Shown piece by piece: positions 28,601 through 42,437 of a stretch of DNA of 64,000 nucleotides. A program made the translations under genes and the position numbers. This stretch comes from Adineta vaga. Lineage: Eukaryota > Animalia > Rotifera. The DNA is taken from assembly GCA_021613535.1 (NCBI GenBank), contig CP075495.1, positions 3,100,001 through 3,164,000 of the forward strand, read 5' to 3'. Below the pieces are notes generated by a model that was not told the DNA's origin, made no database searches, and saw only the letters and a program-made list of their open reading frames with translations. The stretch's first letter is position 1, and each line of letters opens with the position of its first letter.

Positions 28601-28922
28601 CCGATCGTCCTTTTGTTGCAAGATAATATGTTTGTGTGCTTGGTAAACATGGTAATAGATCACTACAACGAATTTTAATGACATTGATTAATTCAAAATC
28701 ATACGGGCATATCTTTAGAAACAAAAAAATAACGAAGCAAAAATTAAGAAGAAATGTTCAACATCAACTAACTTTGCTCGTTATTCTTTTAGCAGTAAGA
28801 GCTCGTGTTTCGCCTGGTTTGATTTCATCGAATGGAAACCAATAACCTCGACCAAGATTTTGTTCAACAAGAAGTAAAGCATCGACTTCTTTATCAATGA
28901 TTACACAAACAACTAACTTCAT
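25608..28922 (-). CDS. PPP-family Ser/Thr protein phosphatase with an N-terminal degenerate Nudix-like domain and EF-hand-like region, multi-exon
   Basis: Complete PPP motifs [34 protein letters not shown]-hand-like [17 protein letters not shown] and [18 protein letters not shown]-terminal LLLVEQ..GRGYWFP..EIKPGET..TAKR. Confidence 0.88.
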
Positions 28923-29965
28923 TTCATGTCATATTCGAAAAAAATATGAAAATAAATTGAATGAAAAAAGAAAATGATCAAATCAAATGTTTATTTTCCT
29001 TCCAAACATTCGTAATACACATTAACAACGGACTTGTTCTTTTTTCAATCCAATAGGAAAAGAATTAAGCATTTCTCATAGGAAAAAGATGTCTCTCTTT
29101 CACACATGTTAGTTATAGTTATATGTATTTTTCAACCAGCTATATTAAATCAAATCACTTGTCAAACAAGTTTGATATTTCACTATTGCTAAAATTAGAA
29201 ATGATCAAATTTTCCTAGAGGAAACTTGATCTAGGCTAAAATTAATTTTAGTCGAAAATCTTTGAACTACTTTTTCCAGATCAGTAGTTCTTTTCATCTT
29301 ATATATCGTTTTAATCACGAGTAAAATTGTAGTGCACTAGAATATATTCTTTTGAAAAGAACGTTTAACATCGACCTATCATAAAAATAAAGATCCACTT
29401 GACAGTTAGACATCTCAATCTCTATTTTCCGAAACGTATAAGATTGAATATATCAATCATGATAGATGATATTTGATAGATATAAACAGATGTCTGTCCA
29501 CAGAATATCATAAATAATGTATCCCTAGATTATAAGGTTACAAAGACATATAATTTGTCTGATCTGTCTTTCATTATTGCATGTTCTTATTAATTGAAAT
29601 TCTTTTTAATTTATGCGTAAGGAAAATTGCTTGATGACCTGTTCTGAATACAAAGTAGGTACTTGTGACATAAGATTTGTTAATAAAATTATCATGTTAA
29701 TAGTTTTCTATTTTTTCTTTTCATTAATGAAATATTTTCTTATTAACTGGTTAAACTAGTGTTTATTTTCTGTTAGATGAGTATTTTTAAAAAAAGAAAT
29801 TTCATTACTGTTCTTTAGAGTTTTTTCGTACATGTAAAAGAACAAAAGAAAACAATCAAACCGAAAACGATAACCGGGGCGCAAACAAAAGGTTATATAC
29901 AAATACACAAGAGAAAAAGAAATAATGAGTTAAGATAATAATTGAATAACTAACTTTTTTTCTTT

Positions 29966-32900
29966 CTATTTTTTCATTAATTTCGGTGTTAGAGTATTGG
30001 ATTTTTTGAAACACATACCAAATGTTATATTCCAAAATGCCATACGAAATTGTTTCGAACAATAAGCATAAATAAATGGATTGATCACGGAATTAAAATA
30101 TCCAAGCCATGTTATCAATGTCACTGTTAAATGATTGAATGAATACATTTTTGGAGGGATGATATACATGATAAAAAAAGGTAACCAGAAAAGAATAAAT
30201 CCACCAACGACAACAGCTAATGTTTTTGCCGTTTTTTGTTCTTTCATAAAACGAATACGTTCACGACGATGAACATCATGTGCCGGATGTTGTTGCTGTG
30301 AAGAAGAAGAAGAAGGTAAGGCGATATTTTGAATGGAACTGTGTTTAGTACGTAAATTTGAATTTAATGTTATCATCGGTGTTCGTGTATGTGATTCATT
30401 GAAAGAGGATTTCTCTTCATCATCATCGTCATTAGTTAATGATTGATTGGGAGTACATGGCGAATTTGATTTACTTTTCTTTTCACACCAAGTTTCCATC
30501 GGTTGAAAACAACAATAACAAGGACCATGGGATTTTTGATGACTAACTTCATTGAAACGACATGTAATTGTCGATGATTGATTTGGATTTGATGAAATTT
30601 TATGTTGTTGTTTGAAGTTTTCAATTAACATTTCTGACGGTGTTAATTTTGTTGAACGAGATGGTTTCGTTCGACGATTGATACGTGTTTGTTCTGGTGA
30701 ATATTTTGATTCATCTATCGTTGAATAGGTTGAAGTTTGAGGATGATTTTGATTATATATTACTAAAGTTTTCGAAACAGGAGTTGAATATCTCATATCA
30801 TAGATTTTTGTCTGATCAAGTATTGAAAAATGTGCAATATCATTTGTTAATTCATTTAATGATTTTGCAATTTGTTTTTTTTGATTAGCTAATAAATTAT
30901 TATTAATTTCATTCTAGAAAAGAAAATGAATGCATTTCATCTCTTTTAGTCTAGACTTCTAGAGGGAAGAAAAAAAGGCAGTGAGTCCAATTAGTCTAAT
31001 GGTAAAATTCGTCTTATCAAATCTGATTGCATACAAGCGAGAAATATTTGATTACCCTCCAGAAAAAGAACAAGCTCGATTGTAGACACTAGTTTTGATT
31101 AAATCTTCTCTATTGAGAATCGTTTAAAGATTTGATTAATGCAACAAGTTACTTCACTTATCATAGATGGAATATCTTCTCATTTAACAAGTGAACTTAA
31201 TTGTTAGTAAAAGAAACATTCAATTTTCCTTTCTAACTAATCACAATGATCAAATTAGATTGAAAACATTATTGACAAGAAGTTCTACTGATTATTATTA
31301 TCGTCAAAATGAAGCAATGATCCTAGAAACTAGTGATTGACATAACTTTGATACACGTCGGATGTGTACGAAGAGGACAAAGTTTTTCTTTTATCTTTTG
31401 TTGTCATCCATTTCCTTCTTTCTTTTTTCATCGTCTAAAAAGTATTCTGGTATAGGTTCTTCATTTGATATCATCTCGGTTCATCTGAACGTTTTTCAAT
31501 AATTTATTAGTCTATTAATTAATCAGTATCACAGTGCGGACAATTAAGATATTTTATAACTCGTGGAATAATTAAGAGAAAACGGAATGTGAACGGATAA
31601 ATTCAGAGTTCATTCTATAATTAAATATTTGACATGAAACTATTTATAGTAAACGACCGTGATATTCAAGTAGAAAAAAAATGTTCTTCTTTTTTTTCGG
31701 AAAATGATCTAATTAGAACTTACTGATTGTTGTTGTTGCTGGTGATGCTGCTGCTGCTTTGCCGATTGTACTGATTGATCATGATTTGATTTGCTAGTTA
31801 AATCACGTTTTGTACTAGTTGGTGATTGTTCGAATGAATGTGATCGACATTTATTTAATGTTGGTAATGAATCTTGAAAAGTTCTTAATTCATAACAAGG
31901 AGAATCATCCGAACGAAATTGATATTCAGCACCAATACCTGATAAATAATTACGACGATAATGATTAATTTCATCGGATAAATTCGGCATTTTTCTTGTT
32001 GATATTGTACATGGACGACAGAAGATCGTTGTTGGTTTTTTGGTGAATGCTGGTGGAGTATTCGGAACAGAACTTGATACACTACTACTATGATTCGTTT
32101 TATTTGGAAAACGATAAATAAACGAATTATTTGCTTTGCGATCAAAATTCGATCCTATGGAATTATTTGCTATTTGTAATAATGGTTGATGATGTAAATG
32201 TGAAGATTTTGATGGAGATTTGTTTCGAAAACATAAACAACAACAACAACAAGAAAGAGATGATTTGTGAGGTGTTTTTGATAGATTTAAATTTCTGCCA
32301 TCGGAAGTTGATCGTATATTGTTTAAACCATTTGAATTTGTTTTTAAAGGATTTACTGTTGATAAATGATTATCATTGTCATGAAATTTATTTATTAAAT
32401 TATCACGATCATAAACAACCATAAATATACGAATGTAAACAAATATCATTATAACAGCAGGAATATAGAACGAACCTAATGCTGAATAGACAACATAGCC
32501 TCGAGCTGTATTCAAATCGCATCGATGTTCTTCTTCAACCTAGAATAAGATACGAACGATAAGCAAAAACAAGAAGCTTTTCGATTTAGTTTTTCACTCT
32601 GTTTAACTTCAAAACTTCTAAATCTTTCATTTTAAAATAAACAAATACTTTTAATCTACATATATTCTATCCGTTTTTCCCCCACGATGATTATTACATC
32701 CTGTACGAGAAGCGGAAGCGATTCTTTTTTTGTCTTCAATGGTTATCCAAATCTTTTGATTTATCTATTTCCTTTTGTTATAAAAAAGAAAATCTTAGCT
32801 TTAGGTCATATTTTCAAAGTAATCCAGTAAAAAAATAAAAATAAAAAGCAACAGATAGTTAGATTAAGGTGATCTAGTCGATATGATTTTTCCAGAAAGT

Positions 32901-33532
32901 CATTCATTTCAATCAGATTATAAAAATAAAAACAACAATATACGTACTGTGTAACGTCGATTCGAATCTCGCCAACCAAATATTGGTGGACATGTGATAA
33001 CAACTGATACAATCCAAACAAGTAAAATCATGACACGTGCAAGAAATTTAGATCGATACGCTGTATATGTTAATGGTCGAGTTATAGCCATATAACGATC
33101 AACTGATATACAAGTTAAATTTAAAATACTCGATGTACATAGAAGTACATCAGATGATACCCATAAATCACATAGGATTAGACCTAAGGTCCATGAACGA
33201 TCTCGATGATAATGTAGAATACTTAGTGGAAGAACAAAGACTGCAACTAAAGCATCAGCAAATGCTAATGATGCAATAAAATAATTCGTTACGGTTTGTA
33301 AACGACGTGTGCGATAAAATGCACATATAACAAGTAAATTACCCAGAAATGCACTTATATCGATTAATATCATACATATTAATAATAATATTTGTATCCA
33401 AACAGGTATGGTTGATTTCATATCTGTTGTTGTTGTTGTTGTTGTTGTTATTAGTATCGATTGATTGTTGGTCATTGTTGCACTGACCGAATCGACAAAT
33501 GTCGTAGATGTTAATACAGTCATTGTAATCAT
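29966..33532 (-). CDS. Biogenic-amine GPCR, alpha-adrenergic-like octopamine/tyramine receptor type; 3 coding exons, very long ICL3
   Basis: CDLWVSSDVLLCTSSILNLTCISVDRY (TM3 Asp), GYVVYSALGSFYIP (TM5 Ser), KTAKTL..GGFILFWLPFF, WLGYFNSVINPFIY. Confidence 0.9.
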
Positions 33533-36500
33533 ACATGATGCATATCTTAAAAAGAAAAACAACTGAAAGGTAATACAGTGAGAGAGAGATTTTCATAGGA
33601 GAATAATAAAAATTTGTCAGTCATTCCTGTTTTTGTTACTCGTCTTTTTCTCTTTCTGCTCGTTTTTTCCTCCGATTACCTCTAGGGTACATGTTCACTT
33701 TAATTATAAAAAAAACTAAACGACAGGAAAAACAGCAAAGAAAAGAGAGAAGATAAGCATGAAAATCTTTTTTTTTAATATGTTTCTTTTCAGTCTTTTG
33801 TTTAGTCGAATTAATCCTCATCCTTGATTGTCGGTTTTTGTCGAGAAAAAGCTAAAAAAAATTACTAAATACGATCATCCGAAGAATCATATTCTATAAC
33901 AAATATTAAGGTTAACATGAACTTATCGTGTATGAGTAGATGTTTTTCTAATTGTATATCTTACCTTATATTGTTTGATTAACATTTCTAGTGGATTTTA
34001 AGAACTTTCTGTTTTTTTACTATAAGACATGAAATAACGACTTAACTACATGGAGATAAGAATTTAATAGATATAGAATATAAGTATAGGATAATAAGAT
34101 TGACGGTTCTATCATCATCCTACACAGCAGAATCTTTAATCATAGACACTTATAGATATGACAACGGGTGTGCGAATGTGTTATCATCATAGATGATTTA
34201 TTACTGTGATGTGTCAGCTCTTTTACTTCTTACTAAAGATCATATTATCGAGAGCACTATTGGCCATGAAAAGAGCTCATCATGCCCTTGCTGTTTGTCT
34301 TTCGGACAATTAGCGTTCTAGCGTATCCTAACAGGGAGAGAGAGGGAGCGAAAGAGGAAGAAGATAGGAAGATAGTCAATTACTATCTATCAAATCATAA
34401 ACGACGAATAGAAGACAAGTGCAATGATTCTATCAGAAATCACGAAAGATTTAAGATATTTCTAATTGTCAAATATAATAAAAAAGAATGTCTATTTTTA
34501 TGATCTCTATCGATATATCGACATGCAAACATTACCCCCATTGGTATCATTAGTTTTCTCGAGAAAATAAAAAGTATCTGTCTGTACATCATAAAAGTCT
34601 GAATAATTATTGTTTGACAACGATAATCAATCCAATATCTTGGCAGATAATGCTATTGTCATCAGTCGTTGGACTTTTTCTAATTCTTTCGCTTTCCTAT
34701 ACCAAATTCTAACTCATATAATACAGACGAAGAAAACTACTAACATTAACTTCCTCAAAAATGCCCTCTAACATTTCTAGAAATAAAAGAATCGATTCAA
34801 ACGTTCAGAACAATTTTGCATTCAATCGATCGAGACAGAATTGTCTTCGAGCGAAAAAATAAACATCCTACGAAAGTTAACTCATACGATTCAGTAAAGT
34901 AAATAGAAGATAAGGACAATAGTCTTCTAACCTTCCTCGTTATTATATCCTACATGTGAGTTATGTTTTTTCGATCCTAATCAACAAAATTCTCAAGAAA
35001 AACATTCATTACATGTAACATCAGTAAAATTAGCTTTTCTTTTTTCATTCTATTCTTCGACTCAGATGTTATTTGAGTGTACTGCGCGCAAACGTTAAAA
35101 TAGATAGTCACAGAAAGATGAAAAACGGAGATGAAGGATATCTTCTTAGTTGCTTACTTCTGTCTAATAGGAAGAAAAACATAGTTTCATGTTGCCAAAA
35201 TCTAATCAAATAATTATATATGTCTATATAGGAAAAGAATTTCTCATTTATTCTGTGTTTTTTGGTACTTGTATTAAATGCTTTCGTTCTTAGAATAATA
35301 TTGTTAATGTTCTATTATCTATTTATTATAAATAACAAAGATATCTCATATATTCTAAATAGATATAATGATTTATTTATTTCTGCCTTTTTGTTTTGAT
35401 TTTTATTATCTAGAAAGAAGTAATTGATTAAGTATCGAGTTATGTATTTATTTATCTGTTCGACGAAAAGAAAAAACCTCGAAAGAATGAAGATTTTTAG
35501 TCTTCAAATCGTGTATATCATCGAGTGTAGTGAGATGTAAAACATAGGCAAGAAGAAAAAAGAAATTGTTAGCAGAGCATGTCTGACGATTATGATTACG
35601 CCTGAAAAGTCGTTGACAGGAAATTAGAGAAAGACGATCGATTCTATTAATAAAAAAAAAGAAAATCATTGAAATATGACCTTCAAAAAACCAGATGTAC
35701 GAGAAGAAAAAAAAACTAACTTTTTTTCTCATATTTAAACATATTCGTCACAACTTTCTATCATTTTATTAAACTTCAATGACAATTCAATCTTAAATCT
35801 TACAAATCATCTTATGATATATCAAGTTGAATGAGATTCTCCACTCTCTTGTATAAATACAGAGATACTAATATTGATTAGAAAAGAAAACTTCATGTAA
35901 AAGTGACACGTCAAAATTGTTACAAAGGAAATCAAAACATTGACATATTACATTTACATTACTGCCTATGATTGATTTAAATTTACAATGAAATATTCAT
36001 TGACATATTCTATTAGCATTACAATCACTAGCTACCAATGACACTGAATAATTAAATATATATATATATAAAGAGAGAGAGAGAGAAATGTCGAAAAGCG
36101 CTGATATTTTAATAAAAACAGATCACTCGGAAATATTATTCGATACGGTCAATGTAACTCTAAAGTTGGAAATATAGAACAATAATATAAGAGAAGAAAC
36201 TCAACAAGCGACTAAATTTTAAATCAAAGAACATATACAAATATATTTATTTATCTAAAACATAAGTACAATGGATAAATATTAGAGAACAAGAAATCGT
36301 AGGAGTGTCACATATTATTTGATAACAATGAAGTTATAGAGTCATTTTATGAATATTCGACATATCTGTTTAGAAAAAAGAACGTTTTATTAACTAAAAA
36401 TGTAAATGTAAGAATATATCGACATTTCTTAGTAGGATCTTACTCTAGTTAATCTAGAAACTATGTTTTTTATATTTATTAAAAAACGGGTAAGTTATTT

Positions 36501-38005
36501 AATTAGTCATATAAATCATTTGACATGTCTGAAGTTTTGACTTATCAAAAAAAAAGAAAGTCAAGATATACCTTTTAGTCGAAAGGCGAACTCAAATAAA
36601 CAAACAATTATACATGCCAATTCAAATGTAGAAGCTTGTGTGGGTTTAATACCACCTGCATTCTGTCTGATATGAAATAAATCGATAAAATATGCTTTTC
36701 AAGTGAATGTCACCCGAAGCGCCGCATGTGTAGATATATTGCTGTGCATGATAAGAGAATATGTTAGTAAAGGAAAAAAGGAGAGAAATCAATATGAGAG
36801 AAAGAGAGAGAGAGAGAGACTAGATTCAAGTTAATCTGATTGATAACGTCGTTGACTAAGGTTAGAACGAATCTCCTGGTGTTTGTTATGTGTTGTCAAA
36901 AATCAATAATATTGAAGAAAATATAGAAAAGGAAAAGAGTTGATGCTTATATAATCGTTCATCTACAATGTACCGATCAATAAGTAAAGCAATTAAAGGG
37001 TTTTATCCAAGTGGATCGTCTCCAGTTTCTAATATACTGTTACAAAGTTAAATATAAGGTTGAATTGGAGAACGAGAACGAGAGAGAAGAAAAAAGAGAG
37101 AAAGAAGGAGAAAAAAATAAGCGACGCCTTTGATAATCATCAAGCAAATAAGATCGCATTGTCGCCTCGAAACAAGTATATGATACTATCATTTATTCGA
37201 GCGATTGAATGGTTGATGATCGTTCTTGAAATTGATCTTCTTCGAAGTCTTAACACTGATTTACCAATCGAATGCAAGAATAAAGATTGCTCTATTTTCT
37301 TTTATCTTATTTCTTCCTTTTTTTCTTTTCTCTCTCTCTCTCTATTCTTCTTCTTTCGTGACTCTCGTCTATTTAATAATATCAGTTAATCATCATCATA
37401 CGTATTCCTTGCCTAAAGCACTAATAGAAAAGAGGTTATATGAAAGCAACAATCCAAAGAAGGGTAATAAGGAACAAAAAAATCTTCTCTTCAATCCATC
37501 ACATATCAAATTTATTCTTCTCTCAATCCATTAATATTTTGTCAACACATACCAGTCATGCACATAATGGTTAATTTCGTCAGCTGAATATGAATCAGCC
37601 AATAATGTGCGTTGTCTTTCTCATTGAGAATAGGTTTTTGTTTTTTGCTTTTGAATTAGTTTCCATTGAATACTTCAATAAAATAAGGAAAAAGATCGGG
37701 TTAACCATCAATTATAACATGCATATAAACATATATGAACATTGAAGAGTCTATATTTATGAATGGATTTATTTCAATATTGAAAGAAAGAAAGAAAGAC
37801 ATTGAGATATATAGGAAAGATAAACCGAAACAAAACAAAACAAACATCTGATATTGAATGATTCCTTTTTCTTTTTTTTTGTACATGTGTATATAACTTA
37901 ATAATATAGAAGAGAAAACAATAATTATTAGTACTTTGATCTTAAATTTTACAAAACAATGAACTAAGAATGTGGAAGTAGAGTAGAGGAAGTAAATTGA
38001 AATAA

Positions 38006-38868
38006 TTAGATATGTGTTTTTTGTCGTTTTGACACCGGAGATTCATCAGTAATATGAAGTTCAATACCACTATCGTATTCTGACGTAATAGACTAAAAAG
38101 AAATTGTTTGAGAAAATATGATGAATGATTATTGATAAAGAAGAAGAAAAATTCTTTCGACATACATTAAAAACATTCGTCAAATATTCACAATGTTCAT
38201 GTTTAGCTTGTAGATGATCATTTTCTTTTGTTAATTCATTAAATAATTCATGTAACTTGAAAGAATAGAAATATGAAAGATATTTTTATTTGTTTTCAAA
38301 TACATACTTGTCGATTTTCTCGTAATTCTTCATCAAGTTTCATTCGAGCACGTTCTGCCAAAACTTTCCAATAACAATCCGATGCTCGTTCTGCAATATT
38401 AACCAAGATTAGTCTTTTCTCTATTTGCTCACTGACAAATTCACATGGAGAGGAAAAAACAAAACTATTCTCAGAATCAATATAAATAAACAACAATCAA
38501 ATGACATCCATGCGTTGATTACATTCAATTTCTTAGTACCGCCCAACATTGACATAAGTTATTATCATATTGATTCCGCATTCTAAAACTAATCTTCATG
38601 CTTGGAATAAGAAATGACTCGTTTTTTTTCTTAATTTACCTTTAATAAGCTTTTCAAAGTCTTCATCGTTCATATTTTTTCCTTGAATTAACATTTCATC
38701 TAAGTAATTCGGTGTATTCGTATATTTTGATAATTTTTCCGTTCTATTCGTTTGAATAGCAATCGATTGTGTTGATTTGGATCGTACTATCGGTGCATAA
38801 TTTTCAATTGAATTCAATCGAAGAAATTTCTTTTTTACAGGTGAAGATGAGATTAATTTTTGCGACAT
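38006..38868 (-). CDS. Geminin-family coiled-coil protein, 4 exons
   Basis: YWKVLAERARMKLDEELRENRQLHE...ENDHLQ...HCEYL matches the geminin/MCIDAS/GMNC coiled-coil signature. Ends SPVSKRQKTHI*. Confidence 0.75.
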
Positions 38869-39195
38869 AATTAATCTAAAAATTTTCTATTTTATGATAT
38901 ATATATTCTTTGCAAAAAATGGAATGACATGTTTTTTTTTAATGAAATTTACATGAGCGCAAAGCGAAATTACATATGCATGAGCGAATTTCGATAGATG
39001 AAAGAAAAAGAAAATCTTCTTATGAAAAAAAGAAATCAAAGACGAATGAACACACTTATTAAATCCATTCTCTTATCCAAGTAAAATGAAAATCTCTAAA
39101 GACACAACACACACGCACACACACCTGTTCTTTAATTTGTTTGATAAATAAAAAAAGAAAAAAGAAGTTCACAGAAATCCAATTTGGAAAGAATT

Positions 39196-40309
39196 TTATT
39201 CCACTGGTCGCGTACGATTCAATGCGGATTGTAATTCACCTGTAAAATTCGCTTGTTGTAAACGAACACGACCTTGAAAGTTTTCCGAATTTCGTAAACT
39301 ATTTAAAATATCTTTGGTTTTGCCAAAATAAATAGAATTTAATGTTTGACGAATTTTATTTTCCATATCTTCAACCATTCGACCAATATTGATAATATGT
39401 TGAGTAAAATCTGTTATTTGATGATCGGCTTCTAATTGGCGAGTTAAACTTCCACCTAGATTCATCATACCCGACATAGTTTTATGTGTTTGTAACCAAA
39501 GCATTACTGTTGATGTTAATTTATAATGTGCTGATCGGCCACTTTGCTTTTCTTGAACTTCAACAACATGTATTGAATCCCAACAACCTTTGATTTTTTT
39601 ACTTCCATCACCAACTTTTTTGATTAAAATCACACCAGCAAAACCATTTTCAAGATCCCAAAAATATACCGAAGAAACGCCACCTTCAAAATACATTTCA
39701 CGATATTGTTCAAATGCTTGATTGGCTTCTATTTCAAGTTGACGAAGACGATCCGATGGAAGATTACCTAGGAAACAAGATTTATTTTGATTTAAAAAAA
39801 CTAAAAATAGAAACATTATTTCTTTCCCCTATAAATATGCACATGGAACCAAAATAGTTCGGAAGTGTTCTCTTTTAATGAGGATAAGTTTAAAAAAAGC
39901 AAATTAATGATGTACTTAAGTTCCTTTACATAAAAATTGAATGCCTAAGTTTTAATTTATAAGAAAACAAACAAACCATCAAATGGTGGTGTATATGTAT
40001 TGGTCCAGGGTGATCGATAAGAATCACCATCACGATTGTAATCACATAGTAAATAATCTTTGCCAGCAGTTCGATCACGAACAACTTTAAGTGGTTGATC
40101 AACAGCAGCTAAAAGTTCTTCTGTTAAATCGGGCACAAGATCGATTAGATCGGAGAGATTTTTTTCCACTTGTTGAGGTGGTAAACGTCTCATTAAATCA
40201 AGTGCACAATCTAATTGTGACTCGATCGAAGCATTGCCTGTTGAACTACTCGTCATCTGAAAAGAGAAAGAGTATTGAAACGACTAAAAGTCAAATAAAT
40301 TTACACCAT
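39196..40309 (-). CDS. CAPZB: F-actin capping protein subunit beta; possible ATG-only first exon (40309-40307), then exons 40256-39977 and 39767-39196
   Basis: [64 protein letters not shown]. Confidence 0.97.
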
Positions 40310-40422
40310 GAGTATTAGCAGCCAAAAGGGCAAAATTTCAAATAAATAATATTTTTTCGGCAAAAAAGAAAAAGACAAAAAGAATATAAAAAAAACAGAC
40401 GAGTAATTTCTAATGGAATCAT

Positions 40423-40934
40423 TCATTGGTTTACATTTGTTTTCCCTTTCTTGCCGCCGAGCGTAAAACCCGATTTACCTAAAAAGAAAACAATCAACAA
40501 TATATATATATATACATACATATGAAAATTTCAAATATCTCATAACCTAAATTTAACATGCAAAATAAATACGTTGAAAATCAATCAGTCAGTTATAAAG
40601 CGTCAGTAAAGGATAGAATGATCGATCTCAAAATGAATCAGTAAGAGAAAAATAACAACAACAATAGATATAATAAGAAGACAAATTCTGTGCGATATTA
40701 ATCATGGTTATTGAAATAAATGTTCAGTTTCGATAAAATTTCTTGCACGCATACATAGATAAACGACGTAAATGAAATATTTGTCGTAAAAATCCGGTTA
40801 ACTAAAGAGCAAAATGATGACTAACCATGCTTGAGAATTAATAGCATCAGTATTGTAGTCTTTTTTTAAATTAAATCTGATCTGATGTTTATTTTATAGC
40901 AGTTATATATTGTCCATCACCGATTAAGATATAG

Positions 40935-40967
<33 letters not shown>

Positions 40968-41930
40968 GATTCACTTACAGTATCGCCTATGCCTAGACGA
41001 GGTAATAGATTACGATCAGCAGCGTCTTTGTTGGCTGCTGCAGGTAAGAAGATGAAGTGAGAAATGAACATAATTTACGAGAATGTCTATTTCATTAACT
41101 TACTTTGTGGTTTATATAATTCTTTCATAAGTGCAGTAAATGCTTCGACTGTTCGTGTTCGATCACGAATATTGACAAACCATACACGATTTCCCACTAA
41201 TAACAAATAAAATCTGAGTTATTTCATTAAATTTCATTTGAAACTAACCAAAACATTTATCTTTTCCTGTCCATTGTTCAAAATCTGTTGGTGTTAGTGT
41301 AGATCGTCGTTCGTCAGTTACAGTCTCATTACATAGAACAAGTATAGGTACAATCTTCAAAAGAAATTTAAAAAAAAACAATTCTTCTTTGAGTTTTTGA
41401 ACAAACCTCTTTTTTATTTTTATCTGTAGTTTTGACTTCAATTATATGTTTAATTGCTTTACAACATTCAAAAGATTCATTGGAACGATTATCGAATACA
41501 AGAATAATAGCCTATAACTGAATATGTTCCTGAACAAGAACATAACTTTTCTAATCAACTCACATCAACTAAAGTCATCAAATGACGAATATTGCTTAAT
41601 TCTTCACCAGGAGAATTTTTCTACAAACAAAAAACCGAATAGATTAATCAAGTAAATCCAATAAAACACTTACTACGCCACCAATATCATGTACACGAAG
41701 AACAATATCTTTTTCATTTAAATTACTATCGTACTGAATACAATACGTATCCTCAATCGTTTCTCTATATGGCTAGAAAAAAAGAAAAGAAAATATACAT
41801 TTAAAATAAATAAGGAGAAATCAGTTTTGTTTACCTTATCATCAATACGACCATAAGCTAATTGTTCAATCAATGATGTTTTACCGACAGCATTTTTTCC
41901 CCATACTAATACTCGAAATAATTTTCCCAT
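40423..41930 (-). CDS. NKIRAS: NF-kappa-B inhibitor-interacting Ras-like GTPase (kappaB-Ras), multi-exon
   Basis: MGK..RVLVWGKNAVGKTSLIEQLAYG, ETIEDTY, VHDIGG. Spliced C-terminus PQSKSGFTLGGKKGK resembles the kappaB-Ras tail. No CAAX. Confidence 0.75.
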
Positions 41931-42437
41931 TCTAAGATGTTTTCATCATAAAATATATCTGAAAAACAGGAAATGATCATTTGTATTAACGTGTTTAGTT
42001 TTATTACAAAGTCATAAACAAATCCGGATGCTTTTTGTTTGTTTCCATATTTACACGCATGTGCAGAAGAGAGAAAAAACAAAGAAAACGAAACTAATAG
42101 AACGAAAAAACACAACTTTAGATGAGATAGAATGGTATCTTTTTCTTTCTAATATTTATACCGATGTTAAACAATGGCATAAATAGAAGAATGAGAAAAA
42201 TAAACCCATGAGAAACAATGTCCTTCAAGGAACCGAAAAAGAAAACATTTGACGGTCACTGTTGAAAGAAGACATGTATGTATATATATGTAAGACATAA
42301 GACAAAAAAACGAAGGAAAGAATAGAATTTGAATGAGAATAATCACAAGAAAATGGACATCAGATTCTTGTTCATATGCGTGTAAATTGAAAAGAGAACA
42401 ACAGCAAAATAGATCGCTTCTTTGTTGACATGTTCAT

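Noticed and set aside
33600-38000. Numerous 60-110 aa F/K/I-rich ORFs
   Set aside because: Composition reflects AT-rich, poly-A/T non-coding DNA. No motifs or exon chains.
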